Of a stretch of DNA of 42,028 nucleotides, positions 29,879 to 38,303 are shown piece by piece; position 1 is the first letter of the stretch, and every line of letters starts with the position of its first letter. Below the pieces are notes generated by a model. The model did no database searches. It had not been told where the DNA came from and saw only the letters and a list, made by a program, of their open reading frames with translations. The position numbers were made by a program, and so were the translations under genes. This DNA is from Minisyncoccota bacterium (GTDB lineage: Bacteria > Patescibacteriota > Microgenomatia > UBA1400 > UBA12028), in NCBI GenBank assembly GCA_003487265.1, contig DNEP01000003.1, positions 2,244-44,271 on the forward strand, given 5' to 3'.

Positions 29879-30361
29879 ATGGCACAACAGAAAAAAAAGT
29901 CATCAGTACCAGTGAAAATCAATAAAGTGATCAAACCTGTGGCAAAAACGCTTCAAGCGCGTACAGGAACAGCCATTGCAGGCCACGTAGGACGCCGAAA
30001 AACCGCGAGTGCTCGCGTGCGTCTCTATGCAGGTGGAAAAGCCTCGACAGTGAACGAAAAACAGGCGCAAGTGTACTTTTCTGCTGTTGATCCATTGCAA
30101 ACCATAATTAATCGCCCATTTGTCATCACAAAAACCGAAGGTCAATTCTCCTTTAGCGCGACCGTGATCGGTTCAGGTCTTCATTCGCAACTCGAAGCGA
30201 TCGTGCACGGAATTTCCCGCTCGCTGGTTAAAGTCAGTGAAGCGAACAAGAAGCCCCTCCGCGACGCCGGCCTCCTTACGCGCGACGACCGCATGCGCGA
30301 GTCCCGAAAGATCGGCAAGGGCGGAAAAGCGCGACGCACCAAGCAATCGCCAAAGCGATAA
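29879..30361 (+). CDS. rpsI: 30S ribosomal protein uS9 with a basic N-terminal extension
   Basis: GRRKTA.ARV, G.G...Q..AI.HGISR.L, GLLTRD.R..E, ending in KR. Confidence 0.98.
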   Translation: MAQQKKKSSVPVKINKVIKPVAKTLQARTGTAIAGHVGRRKTASARVRLYAGGKASTVNEKQAQVYFSAVDPLQTIINRPFVITKTEGQFSFSATVIGSGLHSQLEAIVHGISRSLVKVSEANKKPLRDAGLLTRDDRMRESRKIGKGGKARRTKQSPKR

Positions 30362-30451
30362 AAAAATTCTTTATCTTCGTTCAAATTTATCCGATAAACG
30401 AGTGGCGCTATTTACAGACACTGTTCAAAAAGAAAAAACTCACTATTTTAA

Positions 30452-30752
30452 TGCCCAAAGACCTATAAGCCGGATTCTGTACCTCCTTTTCAGAAGGCAA
30501 CGATCATTTCTCTAGGCCCGTATCATTATCACCAAGAAAAGGAGCGCGTCCATTATGGTGAAGTTCGCCGGTTGCAGTGGGGAGGATTGCCCGTTTCACC
30601 CGAGCATGACCTCGGTTCGTCTCTGTTGCTCTAACTGTTACGATTCCTTGCGAAATCGTACCCCCTTTTTCAAGAGGCACCCTGCGCTCAACTGTCCGGA
30701 CTTTCCTCTGTCTCTCGAAAACGAAAAACAGCGACCGTTCGGTCTTTGGGCA
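30452..30752 (-). ncRNA. rnpB: RNase P RNA, reduced form (~300 nt)
   Basis: Minus strand reads UGCCCAAAGACC...GAGGAAAGUCCGGAC...AGCAACAGAGAC...GGUGAAAC...CUAGAGAAAUGAUCGUU...ACAGAAUCCGGCUUAUA-GGUCUUUGGGCA. It has conserved regions CR-I and CR-V, a 12-bp P1, P2 (AACGGUC/GAUCGUU) and P6 (GAGCGC/GCGCUC). Confidence 0.96.
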
Positions 30753-30757
30753 GGTGT

Positions 30758-30802
30758 ATTGTATCACTCTTCAACTCGACAATTTTAATTCTGTGGTATA
30801 GT
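30758..30802. promoter_or_regulatory. Divergent extended -10 promoters for rnpB and the CmpX-like gene
   Basis: Minus strand TGATACAAT (30766-30758) lies just upstream of the rnpB 5' end; plus strand TGTGGTATAGT is at 30792-30802. Confidence 0.55.
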
Positions 30803-30824
30803 ACAAATAACCGAAAGGAGAAAT

Positions 30825-31529
30825 ATGTACGGACTTGATACTCTAGGAAGTTCTATTTCTGTAGCATTTGGGACTGTTTTTGCTCAAATGGTGTTTGCAT
30901 TTCCAAAAATCCTCGCAGCGTTGGTGATCTTTTTGATTGGCTTGGCCATTGCAAAATGGATTCGCGCACTTTTATTGAAAGGTTTACACGCAATTCAGCT
31001 TTCAAAAGGGTTAAAGGATACTCCAGTTGAGCTTTTTTTGAAAAACGCCGAGATGGGGAAGATAGAAGAAGTGATTGCATCAATCATGTATTGGATGTTT
31101 TTGCTCGTCGTTCTTCATTCAACTGCTTCTATTCTAGGACTAAGCACTATTATCGTGATTCTCAACACGATCTTTGGATACATTCCCCGCGTAATTTCTG
31201 CGGTGTTGATTTTATTCTTTGGAGTCTTGCTCGCGGGATTCGTCGAGAGTGTGGTTAAAGGTGCTATTCGAAGCGTGAGTGGTCAATCCGCTCGTCTTTT
31301 TGGAAAAGTGAGTTCGTACTTGATTATGGTGATGAGCTTTATGGCTTCGATTGCGGAACTAAAAATCGCAGAAGGATTTATTTCCACCCTGTTTATGGGA
31401 TTTGTGGTTACGCTTTCGCTCGCGCTTGGTTTGGCATTTGGGCTTGGTGGAAAGTCTGTGATCGAACAGCTTTTGCAAGAATGGTACAAGAAAACAAAAT
31501 CTGAACTTCAAGACGAAAAAAAGAAGTAA
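30825..31529 (+). CDS. CmpX-like / small mechanosensitive channel TM-helix repeat protein
   Basis: Two 'P.I..A..I...G' conserved TM helix repeats (FPKILAALVI, YIPRVISAVLI) and a C-terminal LA.GLAFGLGGK; AAAGGAG SD. Confidence 0.8.
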   Translation: MYGLDTLGSSISVAFGTVFAQMVFAFPKILAALVIFLIGLAIAKWIRALLLKGLHAIQLSKGLKDTPVELFLKNAEMGKIEEVIASIMYWMFLLVVLHSTASILGLSTIIVILNTIFGYIPRVISAVLILFFGVLLAGFVESVVKGAIRSVSGQSARLFGKVSSYLIMVMSFMASIAELKIAEGFISTLFMGFVVTLSLALGLAFGLGGKSVIEQLLQEWYKKTKSELQDEKKK

Positions 31530-31585
31530 GTGAGAGAAATAACATTTGTAAGCTTGTTGTGGGATCCTATTGATATCGTATGTGA

Positions 31586-32944
31586 GTGATCTCACATACA
31601 CATTCCGCGATTCTCTCAAAAACAAGTTGTATTCCCGTTCGTGTTGATGTTGATGTTCAATCGCACGGGCTTCCTTTTACGACCTACAGCGGTCTTGCTG
31701 GGAAGATCATCACGGAAAGTAAAGAGCGTATTCGATCTGCCCTTCGCAATTCTGGTTTTGTGTTACCTGCGCGAAAAACAGGAATTCATTTTTCCCCCAG
31801 CGCATGTATAAAAAACAGTTCAGCACTTGATCTCGCGGTGGCGGTGGGAATATTAGGGGCGTATCAGATCATACCGCAACAATCGGATGACCGCGCTTTT
31901 TTCGGAGAGTTGCGTGTGGACGGATCAATTGCGCCGATTCCACATTTGTTTGCTTTGATTCATGCGGAGTTGCAGCGTGGTGCGCGCACCATTATCATTC
32001 CCGCATCGCAAAAAGAGTGTGGCGTTCATTTCAAAAATGCCCAAGTGATTCCTGTTTCAACAATCCAAGACTGCGCGCGGTGGTTGACGCATAACCTGTC
32101 GATTACTCCGATTCCATATGTTCACCCAAAAATAGCGCATGAATCTCAACGATCCCTTTCTTCGGCACATCTTTTTGAACAGCGCGCATTAGAAATCGCC
32201 ATTCGAGGAAAACATAGCGTGTTGTTGTATGGACCTCCGGGGACGGGAAAAAGTTTTCTTACACAATATCTACCAACAATGTTACCACCACTCACCGTTC
32301 AAGAGTGGATGGATGTGAATGTTGTTCACGCGCGATATTCCAATGATTTTCTTGAAAAAAGACCTGTTTCTATCTGTCTTCCAACTCACACGGCAAGTGA
32401 TATAAAAAGATTGGTTGATCAATCTATATCTGGTTTATGTATTTTTGATGAACTCCATGATTTTTCGTTCGCGCACATCCTCAACTTAAAGCAACTATTA
32501 GAAGATCCTCGCCTTTTCATTGTTGCAACACTGAACGCATGTCCTTGCGGGAACGCATTTAGTGAATCGGTGCCTTGCGTCTGTTCTCGCAACGCCATTG
32601 CGAACTATTGGAAGAAAATCCCCGCCTCAATCCGAGATCGATTCAGCCTCCATCTGCTTGTAAACGATCGATACCACTGTGATTAAAAGACACAATCAAC
32701 CAGCGCATTTGAACACAACGTATGGGAATCACATATCCATATGACAATTGACGAACTTTTGCCTCGAGTTGAGTATTCAGCCCTTCTTTGTCTCAATCGG
32801 GCGAGTGAACAGTTCGCGTTTAGTTATCGGCGATATGAATCGATGCTGAGGATTTCTTATACCATCGCCTCTCTAGATCAAAGCGACATCGTTACAAAAC
32901 ATCAGCTGCTCGAAGCGTTACAGTACAGGGAACAACGTATATGA
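31586..32944 (+). pseudogene. comM: ComM/YifB family AAA+ ATPase interrupted by one in-frame TAA (32684-32686)
   Basis: ESKERIRSAL.NSG, LDLA.A.GIL, GEL..DG, Walker A GPPGTGKS, Walker B IFDE, N.CPCG, DRF. The same frame continues past the TAA into the typical C-terminus (RRY..MLRIS.TIA.L...EALQYR, ORF 32741-32944). Confidence 0.8.
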
Positions 32945-32946
32945 TG

Positions 32947-33957
32947 TTATTTTGTCCAAAACTCGCGGACAATTGCACGAAAGAAAATAAACAGTGGGAT
33001 ACCGAGCACCGCTCCACCAACTCCCGCGAGTTTCGCTCCGACAATCAACACAATAATTGCGATCAACGGACTCACCTCTGCGGCATCGGACATCACCTTT
33101 GGCACGATAATATTATTTTCAAGTTGTTGAATGATGATATAAAACACGAAAACAACAAATGTCATGAGTGGTGAAAGATAAATGAACGCGAGCGCTATCG
33201 CGGGGATAGCGGCGATGGTTGGTCCAATATTCGGAACGGCCTCCAGTATTCCCGCGAGAATGGCAAGTGGAAGTGCGTACGGAACACCAAGTAACAACAA
33301 TCCAAGATACGTTAAAATGCCAATCACCGACATTAACGTGAGTTCTGCGCGTACCCAACCGCCTAATTGGATTTCAAGTGTGTCCATGAGTGATTGCATT
33401 TTCTGTTTTGCCTTTTTTCCACCACCTAGCATCCAAGACAAATAGAGGGGAATCTGCGTGCGATCTGCCATTAAATAAAATGTAATGACGAAGAACGTAA
33501 AGATGGTAAACACACCAGAAAAGGTTCCCGTAATAATACTCATGATCGAAGAAAATGAACCACCAAGTTGCGAGATGCCAACCGAAAATGAAGAAAGATT
33601 TTTTAGAGAATCTTGAATTGTTTGAAGATTAAACGATTGAGAATACTGCGTAAGGTCCAATCGGGATATTAATGCGATTGTTTGGCCCACAAGTGGAGGA
33701 ATAATCAACGAAAAAAACAAGATAATGAGTGAAACAAAACAAAGGTATACAACTACGAGTGCTACCCCAAGCGACGCACCTTTTTTTTGAATCTTTCGGA
33801 CGAGCGGATACAACGCACTACTAAACACAATAGCGAGAAACAAGAGCATTAAAAAATCTTGAATACGTTGTAACAAGAAAATCGACAACACCGCTCCAAT
33901 CGCGAACAAAATGGATTTTTTTGAAACATGAACAGTTACTGCATCTGACGATTTCAT
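32947..33957 (-). CDS. AI-2E family (PerM/YhhT) transporter
   Basis: Multi-TM protein with LLG.PYAL.LA..AG.LE.VP.IGP, QQLENN.I.P.VM and G..G..L.IP. Confidence 0.9.
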   Translation of the reverse strand: MKSSDAVTVHVSKKSILFAIGAVLSIFLLQRIQDFLMLLFLAIVFSSALYPLVRKIQKKGASLGVALVVVYLCFVSLIILFFSLIIPPLVGQTIALISRLDLTQYSQSFNLQTIQDSLKNLSSFSVGISQLGGSFSSIMSIITGTFSGVFTIFTFFVITFYLMADRTQIPLYLSWMLGGGKKAKQKMQSLMDTLEIQLGGWVRAELTLMSVIGILTYLGLLLLGVPYALPLAILAGILEAVPNIGPTIAAIPAIALAFIYLSPLMTFVVFVFYIIIQQLENNIIVPKVMSDAAEVSPLIAIIVLIVGAKLAGVGGAVLGIPLFIFFRAIVREFWTK

Positions 33958-34913
33958 ATATGCGCACTATACCAAGTTTTTAGTCTGTTGACTAGTTTTC
34001 CTTGTTCGTTTGGGGTGAATGAATCAAGATCAATCCAAGTAATATTTGGTCTTTTTTTAAACCATGTCATTTGCCGTTTCGCGTAGGCAACTTCCCTTTT
34101 TGTCCATCGTTCAAGGCATTCTTCCTTTGATATTTCGTTTTCAAGTAACGCGAGCGTTTCTCGATATCCTGTCGCACTAAACGACGGAAAACGAAAAAAC
34201 CCCTCTCTTCCGTACTCTTTTAGGAGTGATTGCACCTCTTCGAGCATTCCGAAATTCAATCGTTCGAGCACGCGTTGACGTATTTTTTGCTCGAGTTTTT
34301 CAGGAGAAGTTCGAAATCCAATGATCATGGTGTGGTATTTTTCACTTGTTTTTTGTGCGCTTGGTCCCCATTGTGCTACTTCAATCGCGCGGACAAGTCT
34401 GCGCGGATTCATCTGATCATCGCGATTCATTTGTTCAAATCTCTTGCGATCAAGATGGAGAAGATGTTGTTGAAGTTCATCAACGTTCATGAAAGATAGC
34501 GATTCTCGAAGTTCATCATCTTTGGGAATCGAAAGTGATGCTGGTGGGTTCAAGAGTGATTCAACGTACATTCCGGTTCCGCCAACAACAATGGGCAGTC
34601 GTTGTCTTGAGTTGATCCCTAAAAGTATGGTATCCGCTGTTTTCACAAACTGCGAGGCAGACCAGTCTTCATCTGGTTGCACGAGATCAAGCATCCACAA
34701 TTTTGTTTTTTTGTTTTGAAAATACGAGAGAACACTATTTTCTGTAAAAGAAAAATCTGTGGGGATATCTTTTCCCGTTCCAACCGTCATTTTTTTATAT
34801 ACTTGACGTGAATCAGCGCTCACGATTTCCGATGGAATCACTTCACTTAACTGAAGTGCGAACGAAGTTTTTCCTGTCGCTGTTTGTCCGACAATACATA
34901 CAAGCGGGATCAT
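33954..34913 (-). CDS. miaA: tRNA dimethylallyltransferase
   Basis: GQTATGKT, SADSRQVY, VGGTGMY, RR..RA.EV, GY.E, YAKRQMTWF. Confidence 0.96.
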   Translation of the reverse strand: MIPLVCIVGQTATGKTSFALQLSEVIPSEIVSADSRQVYKKMTVGTGKDIPTDFSFTENSVLSYFQNKKTKLWMLDLVQPDEDWSASQFVKTADTILLGINSRQRLPIVVGGTGMYVESLLNPPASLSIPKDDELRESLSFMNVDELQQHLLHLDRKRFEQMNRDDQMNPRRLVRAIEVAQWGPSAQKTSEKYHTMIIGFRTSPEKLEQKIRQRVLERLNFGMLEEVQSLLKEYGREGFFRFPSFSATGYRETLALLENEISKEECLERWTKREVAYAKRQMTWFKKRPNITWIDLDSFTPNEQGKLVNRLKTWYSAHI

Positions 34914-34917
34914 ACGA

Positions 34918-36075
34918 TTATTTTACAACCTTTGGTCGAATCACGAGATTATCTTTGTTGATGATCTGATCCAAAATTTCCCATCGCTTTTTCTTTACCG
35001 TATGAGGAATGTTGTCTGTATAGATTCTCCAAGAAGCGGTTCCGGGGCGTGGCGAGTACATCGCAACAAACGCCACCTTCCACCCAACCTTTTTTGCCAG
35101 ATCGACCGTGTCCTCAAATTCAGCATCTGTTTCGTCTGGAAAGCCAACAATAATATCAGAACCAAAAACGGCGTCGGGTACTTTTGCACGGATACGTTCA
35201 ATCAAGTTCAAATAATCCTCTCGTGTGTATCCACGATTCATGCGGTACAGCACAGAGTTGCTTCCCGACTGAATCGGTAAATGGAGAAAACGGTCGATTT
35301 TTTTGTTTTTTGCAATTTCATCGATCAATTCTTCGTGAAAATCCCATGGATTTGAGGTCATGAAGCGAATTTTTTCGATCCCATCGATTTTCGAAATTTC
35401 TTGAAGCAATCGGACGAATGGAGGCGTTCCTTTTGGTTTTAAGTATTGCGACTGATTATCGGGAATATTTTCACGCGAAAATGTTTCTTTGTGGCTCATG
35501 AGTAATTTTCGAAATCCGATTCCCACCTTTTCCAACCCCCATGAGTTCACATTTTGACCAAGCAACGTCACCTCGCTGTAGCCTTTTTGTGCAAGATCGC
35601 GCACCTCGGTCAAAATTTCATCCTGCGCACGCGATTGTTCCCGACCCCGAGAATATGGCACAATGCAGTAGGTGCAGAACGAGTTACACCCCGCGCTGAT
35701 CGGAATCCACGCGTGCGTTTTTTCTTTGCGAACGGCCGACTGATTGAATCCAACTTCGTTGATGGGTAAAATTTCATCGATTCCAGGCATCATTTTATAG
35801 AGTTGATCGTATCCATGATGTACCATGCATCCAGTTAAAATAATTTTTGGTTTTTGCTTCCCCTGATCTGCAAAAAACTTCGCGATGATGAATACCAAAT
35901 GCCTTGCTCTTTGTTCCGCGCTTTCGCGAATTGCACAGGTGTTAATCACAATCTCATCTGCCAATTTCCAAGATCGAGCCTCGGTGTATCCACGCGCGGC
36001 GTAGTCCCCCGCGATCCGCTCCGAGTCCGACTTGTTTGATTGACATCCAAATGTGTGAATAAAGTAACTTGGCAT
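34918..36075 (-). CDS. miaB: MiaB-type radical SAM methylthiotransferase lacking the TRAM domain
   Basis: TFGCQ.N..DSE, NTC.IRE.AE, TGC, GCNSFCTYCIVPY.RGRE.SR, LLGQNVNS, HLPIQSGS, DIIVGFP.ET, YSPRPGT. Adjacent to miaA. ATG 36075. Confidence 0.88.
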   Translation of the reverse strand: MPSYFIHTFGCQSNKSDSERIAGDYAARGYTEARSWKLADEIVINTCAIRESAEQRARHLVFIIAKFFADQGKQKPKIILTGCMVHHGYDQLYKMMPGIDEILPINEVGFNQSAVRKEKTHAWIPISAGCNSFCTYCIVPYSRGREQSRAQDEILTEVRDLAQKGYSEVTLLGQNVNSWGLEKVGIGFRKLLMSHKETFSRENIPDNQSQYLKPKGTPPFVRLLQEISKIDGIEKIRFMTSNPWDFHEELIDEIAKNKKIDRFLHLPIQSGSNSVLYRMNRGYTREDYLNLIERIRAKVPDAVFGSDIIVGFPDETDAEFEDTVDLAKKVGWKVAFVAMYSPRPGTASWRIYTDNIPHTVKKKRWEILDQIINKDNLVIRPKVVK

Positions 36076-36083
36076 ATGTGCGG

Positions 36084-36112
36084 ATGATACGGGAAAAAGA
36101 CGGGAATGGCAA
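36084..36112 (-). promoter_or_regulatory. sigma70 promoter directly upstream of miaB (near-leaderless)
   Basis: TTGCCA-17 nt-TATCAT, 8 nt before the ATG; no SD. Confidence 0.65.
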
Positions 36113-36137
36113 GACAAAATTGCAGATGGAGGAAGGG

Positions 36138-37007
36138 CTACATCAATCCCACCACACTAATTTCTTTTAATTTCTCGCCGTCCACTTTCCTCGAGATGGT
36201 GTTCGAAACAACCAGTTCATCAATTTCGCTTGCCTCGATTTTTTCTTGAACGCCATCAATATACAGATGGTGCGTCACTCCAATGCGCACCGAGCGAGCA
36301 CCGCGCGATTTCAAAAAGCGTGAGACTTCGATTAGCGTTGAACCGGTCGAGATCATGTCGTCGATCAAAATGCAGTCAGATCCCTCAACTTCTCGACTCA
36401 TCCCAATGATTTCAACCTTTCCTGTTGCGAGATCGCGTTTTTTATCGATGTAGGCCACCTGCAAACCAAGCTCCATTGCGAACTGTGTTGAGTTTTTCAT
36501 CGATCCTGCGTCTGGTGCAACAACGATTGAACGCGCACCAACCGTTGGGCGGAAATACTCCAAAAACGCTGGGCGCGCGTATACATTCACCAACGGGATG
36601 TCAAAAAACCCTACAATCGATGGATTGTGAAGATCAAATGTGGTTATTCGATCAATCGGTGCGGTCTGCAAAATGTTTGCAATTACTTTCACCGACAACG
36701 GTTCGCCTGCTCGAAAGACTTTGTCCTGTTTTGAGTATCCCAGATATGGAATGATCGCCTGAATCTGTTTCGCCCCCGCACGTTTGAGTGCGTCCGCAAT
36801 CAAACAAAACTCAACAAGATGATCATTTGTTGGATGAGAAAGAGATTGGATGAGTGTGACCTGCGAATCCACCGCTTCATCTAGTACACGAACACGAAGT
36901 TCGCTGTTTTCGAACCGTGAAATCTCGATGTTGCCAACTGAAAGTCCGTGATGCTTTGCGTACTCATTCGCGAAAGGATAATTTGAGCTTCCAGTATAAA
37001 CAGTCAT
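36138..37007 (-). CDS. prs: Ribose-phosphate pyrophosphokinase
   Basis: F.N.E..V, PYLGYSKQDK, DLH, VAPDAG, KKR, IDDMISTGST. Start is ATG 37007 (leaderless geometry) or 37013. Confidence 0.95.
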   Translation of the reverse strand: MTVYTGSSNYPFANEYAKHHGLSVGNIEISRFENSELRVRVLDEAVDSQVTLIQSLSHPTNDHLVEFCLIADALKRAGAKQIQAIIPYLGYSKQDKVFRAGEPLSVKVIANILQTAPIDRITTFDLHNPSIVGFFDIPLVNVYARPAFLEYFRPTVGARSIVVAPDAGSMKNSTQFAMELGLQVAYIDKKRDLATGKVEIIGMSREVEGSDCILIDDMISTGSTLIEVSRFLKSRGARSVRIGVTHHLYIDGVQEKIEASEIDELVVSNTISRKVDGEKLKEISVVGLM

Positions 37008-37019
37008 AGACATATGGTA

Positions 37020-37487
37020 TCACAGCACTGAGGATTCGAAGTACGTATACAAAATGTTCCACTCTTCTGGATTTTTAATGATTGTGGCGTGAGGTGATCC
37101 TGAAGGATGGGCAAAAACTGATCTTGGAATGAGAAGCTGGTCCCCATGATTTTTTTTATGAAGAACGGTAACCATTTGATCTGGGATTGTGTGCAGATGA
37201 AGATAGAAATGTAAGTCTTTTTGTGTTCGATATGCATAGAATCCTAAAACATTTTGAATAAAGTTCACAATTTTTGACTCTTGAACTTCTTGTTGTCCTC
37301 TTCCTGTTATTTCTATGACAATGTCTTCAATATCTCTTCGAGTCAAGGGTTTTTCTAGGGGCAACTTGTGAATAATTGTTTTAGCAGAAAGTGGTGCGTC
37401 GAAAAACGAGAAAGTTGCTTTTACTGGAAGACGTTCTGGTTTTTTCTCAATCTCTGCAGGACTAATACCTCGCTCTTTTTTGCTCAT
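37020..37487 (-). CDS. Hypothetical protein (155 aa)
   Basis: GAGGGGG SD before ATG 37487; co-oriented and fills the gap between a permease and prs. No family recognised. Confidence 0.7.
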   Translation of the reverse strand: MSKKERGISPAEIEKKPERLPVKATFSFFDAPLSAKTIIHKLPLEKPLTRRDIEDIVIEITGRGQQEVQESKIVNFIQNVLGFYAYRTQKDLHFYLHLHTIPDQMVTVLHKKNHGDQLLIPRSVFAHPSGSPHATIIKNPEEWNILYTYFESSVL

Positions 37488-37514
37488 ATGCCCCCTCAAT
37501 ATGACTGTCTGAAT

Positions 37515-38303
37515 CTATTTCCCTGCTCCAACATAGCGTCGTATGACTCGATTCCAAGTGAGAACAGATGTCACGAGAAACGCAGTTGTCACAATAGGCG
37601 AGATTGTAACAAGAAAATGTGGTTTTTCAAGAAGCGCGTACACGGGAGCATTCATCATGAGGGAAATGGGAACAACGAATGTGATAAACCAACGGATCGG
37701 TTCTCGATAGACTTCAACAGGCATGCGCCCAAACTGCGAAATGGATCGAAACACCCAGATCGCATTGTCAACCTCGGACGTGAGAATTCCAAAGCAGAGA
37801 ATGAAAATATGAAACGCGGTTGAGATAAAGAAACCACAAATCAGTAAGAAAAAAAACACGGCGAATTGTGTCGGTGCAACCGTTGTGAGTGAAAAAATAT
37901 AATGTAAGGCAAAAAATGTAACAGGAAAAGCGACGATAATATCATTGATGTCTGGTGATCCGATAAGTGAAGAAAAAAGAGAGTTAACTGGTTTTAATAA
38001 CACGAAATCAAACTCGCCCGATCGAACTTTTCCTGCGAATGTGTACACTCCGCGATAAATGAGTTGTGTGTACAGATCGATCAGAGTGAATGTCAAATAA
38101 AACACCACAATCTCGGTATGGGTATACCCCGCGAGGAGTGTGGTTCGAGAAGTAATTTCTTGAATCAAAATGAAAAAAAGAACAAATCGAACAAGTTTTG
38201 CACTCACAAAAAGGAATGTTGAAATCTTTGAGGCGAGTTGTGCTTGAAGCGAGGTCTTTGCGTAGATTGCCCAAATTGAAACATATCTTTGGATCGTGTT
38301 CAT
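37515..38303 (-). CDS. ABC-2 family (DUF990-like) permease
   Basis: VRSGEFDFVLLKPV, P..VY, VP.......P; multi-TM; ends YVGAGK. Confidence 0.88.
   Translation of the reverse strand: MNTIQRYVSIWAIYAKTSLQAQLASKISTFLFVSAKLVRFVLFFILIQEITSRTTLLAGYTHTEIVVFYLTFTLIDLYTQLIYRGVYTFAGKVRSGEFDFVLLKPVNSLFSSLIGSPDINDIIVAFPVTFFALHYIFSLTTVAPTQFAVFFFLLICGFFISTAFHIFILCFGILTSEVDNAIWVFRSISQFGRMPVEVYREPIRWFITFVVPISLMMNAPVYALLEKPHFLVTISPIVTTAFLVTSVLTWNRVIRRYVGAGK

Noticed and set aside
30504-30788. ORFs 30504-30767 (-) and 30555-30788 (+, Cys-rich)
   Set aside because: They overlap the RNase P RNA, which explains the sequence.
32684-32686. Stop-codon reassignment or readthrough as the explanation for the comM TAA
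   Set aside because: TAA, TGA and TAG all terminate conserved genes here at the expected positions (tuf TAA, fusA TGA, rpsG TAG), so there is no sign of recoding such as code 25.
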